From the human T2T-CHM13v2.0 reference genome, Homo sapiens, in the NCBI RefSeq assembly GCF_009914755.1, contig NC_060927.1: a stretch of 64,000 nucleotides of DNA, one strand, 5' to 3'. The translations under genes were made by a program, and so were the position numbers. Positions 13,586 through 27,814 of this stretch are shown piece by piece. The notes under the pieces were generated by a model that was not told the DNA's origin, did not search any database, and saw nothing but the letters and a program-made list of their open reading frames with translations. The first letter of the stretch is position 1; each line of letters starts with the position of its first letter.

Positions 13586-15104
13586 CAATGAAAGTCGTTT
13601 AAACTTTGTATTTCTAAACTAAAGAACCCTAATATTTTATTTGTTCTTATTCAGTAGACTTACTCCACCCAGTTTCCTGTATTAGATTTTCCCCACAAAC
13701 TGCATGATGTTTACATATAAAGAAATGTAAAAAAATTTTATTGGAACAACTGGTAATTTTAAAAGAATTTATTTTCTATCATAGTAAAGAATTCAGTGTG
13801 GAACATATGCAAACACAGGACATCCAAAAAAGAACAAGGTGAGGGGGGAAGAAACTAAAGTCAAAACAGGTAAGATATAAGAGGTAAGAGAAAGATGAGA
13901 AAGGACAAGGGCTGAGTGGAAAAACTGCTTAACTAGATTTTCCTTTTCATCTTAAGAGAAACTCAAAGAGAATATAAAAATTCAGCTTTCACATTTATCC
14001 AAATAGCCAACCTATGCTATTTCTATAGATAGATGTTTGAAAACCTTCAACCTCATCTTTATGTAGTATTTACTGAGTAACAAAAGCACCCTTAGGGATA
14101 AACAGTTAAAATGACAGGCTAGCTCATTTTATATATAGGTGAAAAGTAGCACAAACCACATGTATCAGAACTGGAATGCTAAGTGAAGCTGTGAAGTACA
14201 AGCAACAGGGCCAGAGATGTTACTGTTGCGACTAACTTCAATAGACTAGACTAAATAAATAATGAAAATTTAAAATTTGGGGCCACTGATATTAAAATTT
14301 TATGACTTAGGAGAGTTTTAAGTTTTAGAATAGTAGCTCTTACTCATTCAACTCTAACCTCAGATCATGCCTTAATTTTTTTTTTCTGATAGTAATAACG
14401 GAAACGAATACAAATAAAACTAAAGATTTAAAATTTCAAAAAGGAATCTTTTTTAAAAAAAGCTAGAGTAATTTTTTAATCCCTTTCTGTCCCCAGCATC
14501 CTTGATTTCCCCTGTAATTTGGCGTAATACCTCTTTCTTAGTGCTATGCAAGTCTTGTCCATATTGCTTATCTAAACTATCATCTTCCTTTGGGCTTGTA
14601 GGAACATTCACAGAAAGAGAACTCTCTTTCTTCCCAAGATGCTTTTTTTCCCCAAAGCTCACATTTCTATGCATAAATGCATATGTATCTATTTTGATGT
14701 ATCTATGTTTAATAGCCTCCATGAAGATCAGATTTTCTGTAAAATAACTTTTCTAAATGTATATCACTCTAATGATTTATTTTATTCCTTTGGATAGTTT
14801 AACACATTTATACAACAATTCTTTAAATGTTTGGTTATACAATGATGCAACTCAACCTCAATTACATAGAAAAACCTAAACAGAGAAGCATTCTAATAAG
14901 GATATAGTGGGAATCCATAGGTTAGCTGGTTTATGTTATCAGTAAACTGCAGCTGAATAAAATGGAGATAACACCATCTAGTGCTACAAGGTCTCAAGTA
15001 TAAATTAAGTAATGTCAATGAAAACAATATATTTGAAGTTCCTTGAGAAAAAGGCTATATAACATTTGAGAGATATCATTATTGATGATTAAGATACGTT
15101 TAAG

Positions 15105-15330
15105 AATTAACCTTTACTGAATATCTGCTATATTCTCGAGACACAGTGTGCTAAATTCTTTATAGGTATTCTTGTATTTAATTCTCAGAACTCTAAAATA
15201 TAGGCACTATTATTGGCCCTGTTTTTCTGATAAATAATTGAAGCAGAGATCGTTTAAATAATTTGTCCAAGGATATACTGCAAGTAAATTTTATATTCAG
15301 TAATTAAAACTCAATCAATCTAATTTTGGA
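15105..15330 (-). mobile_element. MIR
   Basis: tttactgaatatctgcta...taggcactattatt...aatttgtccaagg. Confidence 0.65.
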
Positions 15331-15353
15331 GAAGAATTTCTTGAGTCCTAAAC

Positions 15354-15598
15354 AAGTGTTTCCCAACTTGGGATAAATTTAACTATTTCAGTGGTTTTTT
15401 TTATCTTAATGTGTATTCAAAAATATAGCATATTTAGCTCATGATTTTACAGATATGATTTTTGAGACTGAGATTATAATAGACATTTAATTTTTAAAAG
15501 TGAATTAATTTAAATGTAAGTATTAAACAATAGTCAAGGTGATACTCAGATACAGTAAAATCAGGAAAGCGGTACGTGATTGAATTTGGGGAAATTTG
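15354..15598. mobile_element. hAT/Charlie-type DNA transposon remnant
   Basis: Degraded terminal inverted repeats: agtgtttcccaa ... tttggggaaatttg. Confidence 0.5.
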
Positions 15599-16087
15599 CC
15601 AATGACCTGTTATGCATCTCTAGACAGCAGCATAGGCAAGTGTGTTCTATTCGGTGCTGGTACTAGGCGAGATCGATGAGCTGATTTTCAGTACCTTCAA
15701 CATTTCAGGAATTCCTCATTAACTGTGTGTCCTGATGATACTCTTTAACTACTAAGGTACCATTCTCTGTGTATCTGGTATTCATCGTCTCTCTCCAAAT
15801 TTATCTGACCTATATTCATTCCTGAAATGTCATGCTTCCTGGGAAATTATCTAATAGGTTTCTTCTACAAGCTAAATTTTTGTAACAGCAACATTTATTA
15901 CCTAAACCGTAGGAGTGAATAATTATACTTATTTCAAACATTGTGTCACAGCCAGGACGTTAGTTCCAGGCAGAAGGCCCGGATTCTCTTGATGCTCCTT
16001 AAATCATACCAGGCCAATGTGATGTCAAACTAGTTGTGAAGGTGACGCTCCTTTTATTACCAATAGGAGTAACAGTGTTTTGAAATA

Positions 16088-17133
16088 CAGTTGACCCTTG
16101 AACAACATAGGTTTGGACTGCATAGGTTCAGTGTATGAGGATTTTGTTCAGTAAATATATTGGAAAAAATTTTGGTGATTTGTGACAATTTGAAGAAATT
16201 CCTAGGTGAATTAGCCTAGAAATATCAGAAAAAACTAAGAAAAAGGTATGTCATGAATGCATAAGACATATGTAGATACTAGTGTATTTTATAATTTACT
16301 ATTATAAAATATACACAAATCTCTTGTAAAAAGTTAAAATTTCTCAAAACCTATGCACACAAACACAGACTGGACATAGTGCCATTCACAGTTGGCAGAA
16401 ATGTAAACAAACATAAAGACGCAGATTAGATCATAACTGCATAAAATTAACTGTAGTCCATAGTGTACTACTGTAATAATTTTGTAGTCACCTCTTGTTG
16501 TTATTGCTGTGAGTTCCAGCGTTGTGAGTAGCCACTTAAAACACCACGTGACACTAGTCATCTCCACCTGAGCGCTTCATCTCTCCCATAAATTGCATAT
16601 TGTGGTAAAACATGATCCCTCTCCGTTCTCTCCTGTTTTTCATCGTGTTTAGTCCAATACCAGAAACCTGGATTAACACCATGGGACCAGTATGAAATGC
16701 CACTGGTGATGCTGAAAGCGCTCCCGAGAAGCAGAGAAAAGTCATGACATTAGAAGAAAAAGTTGGATTCCTTGGTATGTACGCTATATCGAGGTCTGCA
16801 GCTGTGGTTGCCCACCATATCAAACTGACAATTCGTCTTGTATACAGATGGTGTAAAATTACACCAGGGATAAATACAGTACAGCATTGTAAATGTATTT
16901 TCTCTTCCTTATGGTTTTCTTAACATTTTCTTTTCTCTAGCTTACTTTATTGTTATAATACAATATATAATAGATATACAAAATATGTGTTAACTGTTTA
17001 TGTTATTGGTAAAGCTTCAGGTCAATAAAAGGCTATTACTAGTTAAGTTTGGGGGCAGTTAAAAGTTTTATGCAAATTTTTGAACGCACAGGGGGTCAGT
17101 GCCCCAATCCCCACATCTTTTAAAGGTCAATTG
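16088..17133. mobile_element. Tigger2-derived non-autonomous element (Tigger2b-like, about 1.05 kb)
   Basis: TIRs cagttgacccttgaa ... ttaaaggtcaattg with TA on both sides. Internal remnant cagagaaaagtcatgacattagaagaaaaagttgga reads QRKVMTLEEKV, the Tigger transposase N-terminus. Confidence 0.9.
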
Positions 17134-17239
17134 TATATGTTTGTTTGATCTCACAAGAGAGACAATGTTTCCACTTAAATAGGGAATTAAGTTTCATGAC
17201 GACTTCATTTGATTACTTAATTTCAAGCCTCGTCTGCAA

Positions 17240-17359
17240 CTGTGAATATTTACTGAGAGTCCGTTGTGTACCAGCCACTATTTTAGGCACTGAGGATACA
17301 AAGAATAGAGAAACAGTCCCTACTTTCAGATATTTTATGGAGTGTGTGTGAGTGAGTGC

Positions 17360-17398
<39 letters not shown>

Positions 17399-17720
17399 CT
17401 GGAATGAGATGGAGTAGGAGTAGCAACCAGGGCTAGCGTGGACACAAATGAATAAGTGTGCTGTAGCTCAGTATGTTCTAGGGTAGCATGCTTAGGCAGG
17501 GAGTGTCTTTTGGTATAGGGGAGGAACATTATGTCACTGAGTCCATGGATGCTTAAGGAAGGGTTCCTGGAGGAAGCATACTTTGAGCTGAGTCTTCAAG
17601 AAAAAGTAAGGGTCAGCCAAAAAAACAAAAATGAAAAAGAACATTTAGGCCAGAAGAAACAGAATGAGCAAAGACCCGGAAGACAAAGAGAGCTTGTCAC
17701 TGTTGGGGAAGAGCAAATAG
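17240..17720 (-). mobile_element. L2 fragments interrupted by (TG)n
   Basis: atatttactgag...taggcactgaggataca and aaggaagggttcctggaggaagcatactttgagctgagtctt. Confidence 0.6.
17342..17396. repeat. (TG)n microsatellite
   Basis: Long gtgtgt run. Confidence 0.95.
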
Positions 17721-17999
17721 GTCACCATGGTAAAGATTACCTGGAGCTGGAATTTAATCCAAACTCTTTCCTCTATACTATGTGATTCTGTACGCTCCTT
17801 ATAGGATACAAGCCCAGAGTGTGGAGATATAATCAGAAATTACACCCCTTGACATGAAAGTTAATGATCATTAATATAAAACTAATGAAATTAACTACTG
17901 CATTTAGTTAATGGCCCACTATTTAAAATTCCAAAATTCCTCAGAAAGATACTAAGTTAAAATGTAATTAATGTAATATCAGGTAAAATCAATGTGAAT

Positions 18000-18090
18000 T
18001 TGTTTATTTGTTCATTTGTTCAACAAATATTTATTAAAGACCTATTATGTGTTAGGAATTATGCTGTTGCAGATGCACTGATGAGCAAGC
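18000..18090 (-). mobile_element. L2 3' terminus
   Basis: ttcatttgttcaacaaatatttattaaagacctattatgtg. Confidence 0.7.
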
Positions 18091-18675
18091 TATGCCCTGT
18101 GAATCTGAACACATGACAATTTTATAACAAAAATAGTCTGCCTTGAGCCTGGAACACAAGAGACAAGACAAACAGCAAATATTGTTCAATATAATCCTGG
18201 CCTTATTTATCAGAATGGGCTGCTTGGAGGTGTCCTGGTCTGCTCAGCAGGTTTATCCTTATCTTTAAGGTGGGCACGTACTGTTGATAAGAGTATTTCA
18301 GAAAATCATCCAGTATCTTTATTTTGGCTCTTCGTTCATGAAAATACTTTCTGACAGTAATTTTGATTTTCCATCAAGAAATAAGATGTATTAAAACAAT
18401 GAGCAAAAAAACAGCTGTAGCCTACATCTCTTGCCTATCCTAATCCTTACTTTTAGTTAATAATACATTATGTCTGATCAACCAACACTTGTGCTTTAGC
18501 ACTTATGACTATTCTCTGGGACGTGAGATGTCATCACTGCTATGGGAACTGACAGGGCACATTTCAGAATCAAACATTCTGTCTGAGGGAGTCAGCATAA
18601 GAGGAGGTTAGTCTCTGTGGCTTATCGTCTCAGCCACTGCCTTTCCCTTTATCTTATATTAATTGCTCCAGGCAG

Positions 18676-19290
18676 TTTATTATGGACATTCATACAAAGA
18701 AAATAGAATAGCACAATAAACTACCATGTACCCAGAGTCCATGACCAAAAAATATATTAGTATGTAGCCCTAAACAATATCTCTTTTAAAATATCAAAAC
18801 ATAACCTCAATGACAGTGATTATTTAAAAATGTACAATAGCTCCTTAATGTCACTGAATATTTACTTAGTATTAAAATTCCCAATTATCTCATATATTTT
18901 ATTTTTCTTGCTGCTTATTTGAATCAAGATCAAATAAGGTTACATCGCAATTGGTTGATAAGATGTTTAAGTCTTTATTCTGTAAGGATCCCCTGTAAAT
19001 TTGTTTTCTCACTTGCAATTTAAATGTTAGAGGAGAAAAAAAAAAAAAACCTAACTGCTGATTGCATCCCTGTAGTGTCATTTGACATGTTCATCAGTCA
19101 TCTGTATTTCCATAAAATTAGCATTTGGATCTAAAGCCTTCCTCAAAATCAAGTTTCTCTTTCATTTTATTTATTTATTTTTGACAAGATTACTTCAAAG
19201 ACAGAATGCTTTTTCAAGAGACACGTAAAGTCTAATCATTTCTCTTTTGTGTGATGTTAGCAGCTATAGATCCTTAATGCTAGACTCTAA
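18676..19290 (-). mobile_element. Old L1 (L1MC-like) 3' fragment
   Basis: aaactaccatgtaccca and tttgaatcaagatcaaataagg..attggttgata motifs. Confidence 0.55.
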
Positions 19291-20199
19291 ATAACTTTTA
19301 GATGAATCAACTTATAGTTTTAACTATCTTTCAAGGAAATCTTATATCCTCCATACCCTTATTAACTAAATATAGAAACAAATCATTTTATATTATTTCT
19401 TCTTTTTCCAAGAAAGAGACATAAATAGAGAAAGAGAAAGAGAAGGAAGAAAAGAAGTGAGGGAGTGAGGAAGAAAGAGGGATAGGGAAAGAGAAGGGTG
19501 AGGGGAGAGAGCGAAATATCACTGAAAAGAAAGAAACATTCTTAGGAATCATAATTCACAGTAATATCTGGCAAGTTATTTCATTGATGCTATAGAAATT
19601 CTGATGAATAAAAGCCATTATCTTGATACAAATGCTAAAGTACACAACTATTTATATAATTTCAAGTCTCATAAGACTTCAACACTATGAAGATTATTTC
19701 TCTAACTTGGAAATTGTTCTATTTATATCTGCTAACCCTGAGATTGAACACAGTGAACCATGAAAATGTCCCACTATTAAGGTCACACAGGAAGTCAATA
19801 GCAGAAATGAGAATGTAACTAACTTACATATGTTGACAACACTTAACACAATATTATAAAATCTTTCTTTAACTAAGAAGCGCCAATAGAGATTCAGTTA
19901 AGGAAGAGTTCAAGTTGGGTCAAATGGTTTAAAAAATAGCTCAAAAGGTAGGCAGTATTTTATTTTAGCCTTCATGAGTGACTCAAATGTTGAGAGGGAG
20001 ATTAGAAGGCACTGAAAAATGGAAGGTAGTGGAGTGGAAATGGAGAGTGGCCTAGTTTGGATAGAGTGAGGTAGAGTAAAGCTGGATGAAAAGCTTGGGA
20101 ATGTGGATGACGACCGTATTCTCATTAGTAGTCGAGTATACCAGCTTTGGAAATAAATAGTCTACAGTACAAATTTTAGCCCAGCCTCTTAAGTAGTGG

Positions 20200-20640
20200 T
20201 GTGACTATGTTAGTCTGAGTCCTCTGAGAAGCACATAACAAGATGTAATTGGAAGTGCAAGAGATTGATTGGGGAAAACGCCTATGAGAAAAAGTGGGAG
20301 GGAGCCAGAGAAGGTTGAGAAAGTTGTCAGACCGTAATGTAAGTCTAACCCCTGTGAAGGAGAAAGAGAAGGAGGGAAAGAAGGTTTTAGACAGCCGTGT
20401 AGCTCCAGTAAGTTTCAACAAACTTGACAGGGTGCCCTTGAGCCGAAGTCATTCATCTGAGGAGTCTTGTATCTCCCAGGATGATCCTGCATTAGTATCC
20501 CAGCTGCACTCTGTCATTGGCAAAGAGCAGTCATGGAAATTGTGACCTTGGTGCACACATGGTGATGGATTTTAGAGTCTAGTAGCTGGAGACATCATGC
20601 ATTACACTCCCCACTGTGAAAGCTGCATTTTTTTGGCTGT
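20200..20640 (-). mobile_element. Ancient ERVL-class LTR (family uncertain)
   Basis: ttagtctgagtcctctgagaagcaca..aagatgtaattggaagtgcaagagattgattgggg is a typical antisense LTR 3' end. Confidence 0.6.
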
Positions 20641-21224
20641 TAGGATGGCCCTGAGCAACTAACTTTGAGTTGCCATTCCATCATTTACCAGTGGGAAATA
20701 AAATACTTATTTCATTGAATTGTTGACAATTAAATGAGTACATATCTATAAAGTTGGTAAAATATAGTATAGAAGTTGTGGTTTCTGACATGATATTGGT
20801 GACTTTGATGATAATGGTAAATAAATGTAGGGTTAAGAATTTTTGTTCAATGGGATTAGAGATCATGTAATGCATAAAGTTTTCTTGGCAGAAGAAGTCA
20901 CCATTTCCCATGGGATTTAGAGGTTAAGCAGTGGTAAGCAAGTAGAGGTTATTACTAATCTTTATAAAAGATAGAGAATGAAGAAATCCCATCAGAAAAT
21001 TGTCACATTAAGTAAGGCAATGTAGCAGAGATAATGTTAGCTATAATCAGGGAAGAAGGGAAAGAGAAATACTATGGAAAATTATTCATCTGTGGACATG
21101 ACATCTGAGTAGATGTGTAAGGCTGGAGGAATTTAAAGAACTTACTTGATAAATCAAAGCCCTAGAGAATATAGAACATTACATAGGATTGGAGCATAAG
21201 CAGAAGGATTGACAGTGGTTAAAA

Positions 21225-21441
21225 TATTTCTTGTACAGAATAGATAAATCCATAGATACAGAAAGTAGATTAGTGGCTGCCAGGGGCTGCGAGAGGGGGG
21301 AATGGAGAATGACTACTAAATGGGTATAGAATATTTTGCGGGGAGGTGAAAATGTGCTAAAATTGACTGTGGTGGTGGTTGCACAATTTTGTGAATATAC
21401 TAAAAAGCATTGAATAATGCACTTTAAATGAGAGAATTATG
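21225..21441 (+). mobile_element. L1MB/L1ME 3' UTR fragment
   Basis: aaatccatagatacagaaagtagattagtggctgccagggg...ggttgcacaattttgtgaatatactaaaa. Confidence 0.85.
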
Positions 21442-21515
21442 GTTGACCCTTGAATGGCCTGGGTTTGAACTGTGCAGGTCCACTTATACACTGATTTTTT
21501 TTTTCAATAAATATA
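21441..21515. mobile_element. Tigger2 terminal fragment (single TIR)
   Basis: gttgacccttgaa..gggtttgaactgtgcaggtccacttatac, homologous to 16090-16160. Confidence 0.75.
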
Positions 21516-23426
21516 ATTCCTCCATAAAAAGAATATTTCTTTCTGAGAAATAGTAAAAGGGAAAAGAGAGATAAAAGCTATGGAGTGATTTTGGAAATAA
21601 AAAAGATGGAAGATGAGTATTTTTATTTGTAAAGCCTTGGATTTCTCAGTAAACTAGGGAGCAATATCACCACTCCTCAACTAACCGGTAAAATAATTTC
21701 CTTTACTTGCTAAATTCTAGTCAGCCATCCTGTATTGATCACATTTCCCCTGCTGATGCTCTTTAAAATTTCTGGAAGATTTTCTACTCATTCTTGATGG
21801 TATTCATAAAATTATTCCATTAAGGCACAATTCAATATTTTATTGAATTAATTTATTTAGATTGAGTCTGATTACTTAGGTATCACGATAATCACCTTGG
21901 AAACATCTGAATAAAAGAACTCAATTAATTTAATAAATTATTTATTTACTCTTGCATTCCAGATGTAATGAAAGAATCAGTTTAATCCATACCTATGAAT
22001 TTACCAGCTTGCCTTGTCAAATGAAGATATGGTAACAAATGTAGATGTCACCCATAAAACCTTTCTTTACAAAAATTAGTCTGGAAACATGATCAAGTAA
22101 TTTACATTCACAAACTGTAGATTAAGGATCCATAGTGATGGCATTACTGTTACTTTATCTTTATAATAATTTTTACTCTGAAATGAAATTCTGATTTTTA
22201 AACAATTTAGAAATAGCTAATTTTGATCCTACTTACGCATTCAACATTATTATGCATTAAATTACTTTATTTTCTTGAAGAGTTGTATTTGTTAAGGACA
22301 GCCATCAATAAACTGGTACCTTGATTATGGTCTCCTGGTATATTCCCCCAGAAAAACTCAAGAGAAGCTGTGTGGTAGAGACATAATAGGACAAAGTTAT
22401 TTATATAGACTTTGGTACAACTGTGACCTTTTCAAACCAGAATCATCCATGCCTGTCTTCATTAGAGTTGAGCCTCAACCAAGATAAAGTTCAAGTAACA
22501 GAGGGAACACATCAGCTTGACAAGACTGTCTTCAATATATTTGTAGTCATAATTTGCAAAATGATATGATGCATTTTCCCCTATCTATTTGACAAATTGG
22601 TGGCTTTTTTGAATTTTATTTCAAAAGCCACATGTGTGGCTGCAAAGCATCTCTGCTTTCTGGTAATTTTATTACAAACACTTAAGACTGAATGACATGC
22701 TGAATGGAGCACCGCATTTTTGAAAAAAAAAAAAAAATACTTGATGAGAAAAATCATGCCTGGTAATTCGTGTGCAAGGAGTCAGATCTAGAATCTAGAG
22801 GGAAAAGTAGACGCACAGCCTGGGGAAGTCAATACTGGGGGCTGTCTTTCATGTTATACTAATCTTGACATTACCATTGTATTTGGCAGCTGTTACCCAC
22901 ACTCCCGCAAATAAATCTCTGCCATTACTCTCAGAGAAACTCCCCGTCATTCTTATGTGAGATGTCTTATAAATGTGCAAACAAGTATTCCTCTAATTAG
23001 AATAGGCATCAGATTAATAAGAAAGTTGGATTCTGAATCATCCCTCTGCTATATCCTAAAGCTTTTTGGCAGACGGAAAGAGGTGTTTCATCTCAATTCT
23101 TTTTGTTTCCTTGCAGTGTTCTCAGAAACTCCCACAAGACAATGAAAATGAGTCAACAGAAGCACCTCGTGGTTGACAGTGTCTTGTTGAAGATAAAGGT
23201 TATTCTTTATATTAATTTATAAAAGACATTAGGAGCATGTTCCCTTATAAGAGGACATTAAGAGCAGCCAGGCATGTATTCTCCTCTTGTCTGCTACTGA
23301 CACCTGGTTTCAAGGAACTCTCAATCTCTGCTCAGACCCTCCCTTTATGGAGCAAATAACCTAAAAAGCTCAGGAATATCAAAAATTCAGAAGCCAAAAT
23401 GCACTCTTATATTTGGGATATATCTA

Positions 23427-23715
<289 letters not shown>

Positions 23716-24939
23716 AGATGCAGATGGCAGGCTTAAAGGATAGTTATTTGGAATACATCTGGACTGACTGCATTTTACACACATATATACTCGTGTATTT
23801 TATACACACACGCACATCTCTCTCTCCATATATATGTATTACCAAACATCTGAGTTTAACTTACCTTATGTAATTAACTGTATTTGATCTTTCAGATTTA
23901 GTAACTAAGAACCAGTTGTTACCCATATGCAGTATTTCTTTACTCTGTGGTGCTCTGGGGGATGTGAATTTATAAAATTGCTGTTAAGTTATTTTCATTC
24001 TTGTTGGTATACTGAAAAAGAAAACAGAGAAAAAACCACACTGAGCTACATACATTCCTACTTCCTGGTCCAAATAATTTGTTGCTAAGAGACTGTAAGA
24101 CTTCCTTGGGTTATTTTTGATTTCTTTTGTTTGTGGTTATGTTTTTGGCTTTCATATGTTTTTATTAAGTGTAATATTATCTGCTTTGCCTGGCTCTTCA
24201 AAGCAGAAGCTCAACCATAACAACGTGAGTGTTGAGAAATACTGTTAACAAGATCAAGATATATACACAAATATGCGCTGCCATCAGCCTTTCTCACATT
24301 GGGAAAGTATTTAGGAAAAAGAAGCAGAGTGCTTTGTTCAAAGCAACTACAAATCCATGGCCACAAGTGCCATCATTTTGTTATTTTCAACTTTGCCCTC
24401 TCTACCTTGCTTTTCACATTCGTTGATTCTCCTATGATGCTTTCTCTTTTTCTAATTTTATCTCAAATTCTCTTCTCTCTCCTGGCTGCATGCTTCTGTT
24501 TGTTTGTTTGATTGTTTGTTTGTGTTTCCTCCTACACCTACTCCTCAATTTCATTCTTCCTCATTTTCTTTAGAATTACTTTTTTTTTTTAATTATCTTA
24601 CTCTTCCTCCTCATCCTGTCCTCCAGCTATTTGTTCATATTTTGTTTTTTCTGTAGGGGAGGAAATTAAGTGATTTATGTTCAGTGAGATAGAAAGGAGA
24701 GGAGAGGAGAGGAGAGGACAACAGAAGAGAGAAGAGGACAAGGGGAAGAAAGTGGGGGCAGGCAGGAGGAGACACATATGGTCCTTTTGAGTTATTTAGC
24801 TTCCAAATTATGAGAGCTGAGCTAAAGGTATTTGAATCTCTTTCCTGAAAGATGGAATGTCTTCATTGTCAGCTCAGCTCTCATATGTTGGAACCTCCTG
24901 ATATACACACATTTTACCCAGTTATTAAATTCTAGATAC

Positions 24940-25451
24940 TACTATGAATGGATTTTTCACATCAAATTACGATCCCAATTCAATTGACTTTAAGATAAGA
25001 AGATTATCCAATGAGCCTCATCTAATCATAGGAGCTCTTAGATCTGAGTCAAGAGGTCAGAGACATAAAATGTCAGAGATTCAAAATCAGAAAGAGTGGC
25101 TGCTGCTGTCCTGGAAGTAAACAAACACAACTGAGGAGCTCAGGGTGACCTCTAGGAGCCAAGCGTGGTCTCTGGCCAGCATTTAGTAAAAAAAATAGGG
25201 AGTGTCCCACAACTACAAGAAACTGAATTCTGCCAATGACATTAATGAGCTTGGAGGAAGACACAGCCTCAGAGCAGAATGACAGTGTGACTGACACTTG
25301 GCTGCAGTCTTGATTGCAACCCTGTGAAACCCTGAAGAGAAAACCCAATTATACCATGCTCAGACAAAGAAACTGTAAGACAATAAATTAACATTGTTTT
25401 AAGCCACCAATTCTGTGGTAATTTATGGTGCATTAATAGAAAATGAATACA
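24940..25451 (+). mobile_element. MLT1 (D/E/F-like) LTR
   Basis: aagaaactgaattctgccaa; ends aataaa..ttgttttaagccac..aatagaaaatgaataca. Confidence 0.8.
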
Positions 25452-25686
25452 TTTTTCATATATAGATGGCAAGAGAGCAAGAGCTTATTAAATAGATCTA
25501 CTGTTGCTGTGTCAGGCCTTCATCTGCTAAAATTATCTTTAACAAAGAAAATTTTTTATGGTTTTGGAAAGAAATTAAAAAGTCTCAAAAGACCTGTTTA
25601 ATTGCTTATAATATTTATATGTATAGGTATAGTTAATATAGATGCTGGAAATAATTCATTTTAAGTCCTTTAAATAAGAAATTTAG

Positions 25687-26110
<424 letters not shown>

Positions 26111-26344
26111 TAAAATTACTATTTCTAAGTGCCTTAATGGAGAGCCTCAAAATACTGTGAAAAAAAACCAAAACTTGGAATCACCAGAATTTCTTCCCTT
26201 TCTTTCCCATTTTTATCCTTAATGGAGAAAGCACATGTCCACGATTTGAGGGCAAGGAATAGCATAATGAAACTTGGAGGAAGATTTCGTTTTTTTTTTC
26301 ACATTTTTCCCAGTGTACAGTTTGCTGTTAACCCATGCCTCTCC

Positions 26345-26853
26345 ATTGTATGATATAGACGACACCTAACGCCCATTTTCCTCTTTCTTCCTCCCAAGAG
26401 AGGCCCATTAATCCAGAGATTCACAGTATATCTAGCTCTCAAGAAGAATTTTGATTAGTTTTAAGCCAGTCAGCAAATGACATCCCCTAGTCTGGAGGTG
26501 GACATGTGAATTAAGTTTCCCAATCAGATTGAAGAGAAGAAATATTTTCTATGTTTGAAGGAGAAATTTCCCCTTTCCTTTTCTGCCAGTAGCAAATAGG
26601 AATTAATGCCACTGTGATGGTCACTGACAGCCATCCTGAAACCACTGGACAACCAGGCTTAGGAGGTAGCTAATTCTGAGGAAAGCAGAGGACCTGAGTC
26701 CTTCATTACATTGGGCCTCTCATTACAACACACCAGGAGCCCACTCTGCCTCTGGACTTCCAGTTATATTGGATAATAACTTTTTTTATTTGTTAAGCCA
26801 CTTTGAGTGGGGGTTTTTCTGTTATCTGAAGCTCAAATATCTTAACAGATAAA
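26345..26853 (+). mobile_element. Old MLT1 (J/K/L-like) LTR
   Basis: cctctggacttccagtta...ttgttaagccactttgagtgggggtttttctgtta. Confidence 0.7.
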
Positions 26854-27607
26854 TGTGGGATCAACGCTCACTGTCAGTATGCTGTTCAAACTTCAGCTGA
26901 GCTTCATTCTCAAATGTAAAGCATTTCAAAGACCTGTAGAATTTCATCTCTAGTTTCCCAGGCAACTATTACATGTCACTCATAGATGTTCCGAAGCATA
27001 CAGGTAATATTCCATCTCATCACCTCAATGTTAAATCCAGAGAAAGACAAATGAAATGGGTGCCAATAAATCCTCAAGGCTGCAGAGATAAAAGAAAAGA
27101 ATGAAAATCCAGGATGCAACAATCTATTCTACTATCTAATCTCCCTTTTTCCACTCTTTGTTTTCATTTTTTTTTAATGCTGCTCTGAGAGATCCAAAAT
27201 TAGACATGAATTTTCTTGAAGGTTAAGTCTTCTTTTTGCATTTGTTTCCAGGACACACCTGACCCTCACATACAAGAAACACTGCCTTCTGCAGAGAAAA
27301 GATTCAACAATTCCAAGTCCGTCATCTAAGATCCTTTACTCTCTTTTCTCTACAAGATAAGAATAAAATTCAATCACGGACCTAAGTAGGTATAATAGAC
27401 ATTAATATAAATCTTTTAAATACTAATACTCTTTCCTATAAACATCTATTCAATAAGGCTAAAAGATGAAAATAAAATCGAAAATTTGCTTTTTGTCATT
27501 CTGGTAATGCTGTTCTTCATCATAGACAATAACTTGGAGATAACTTCAAGCCAGAGATGGTAGCTTTGCTCATAGTTGCTTTGGATGGTAATCAAATGAG
27601 ACTTTCG

Positions 27608-27814
27608 TTTATGTCACAGATGGAAGCTTGCAAGTCAAAACATTCAAAAGAAATGAAGATTTCTACATACCCAAGAACTAATGAGCTAGCCAGTGAGTGA
27701 GTCATTATCCATTTATGTCACAGATGGAAGCTTCTAAGTCAAAACATTCAGAAGAAATGAAGATTTCTACATACCCAAGAACCACTCAGCTAGCCAGTGA
27801 GTGAGTCATCATCC
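27608..27814. repeat. Two-copy tandem duplication, 104-bp unit
   Basis: tttatgtcacagatggaagctt...gagtgagtcat starts at 27608 and again at 27712; about 7 substitutions. Confidence 0.95.

Noticed and set aside
27608-27814. Repeat considered as a CRISPR-like array
   Set aside because: Only two contiguous copies, no spacers, and a primate genomic context.
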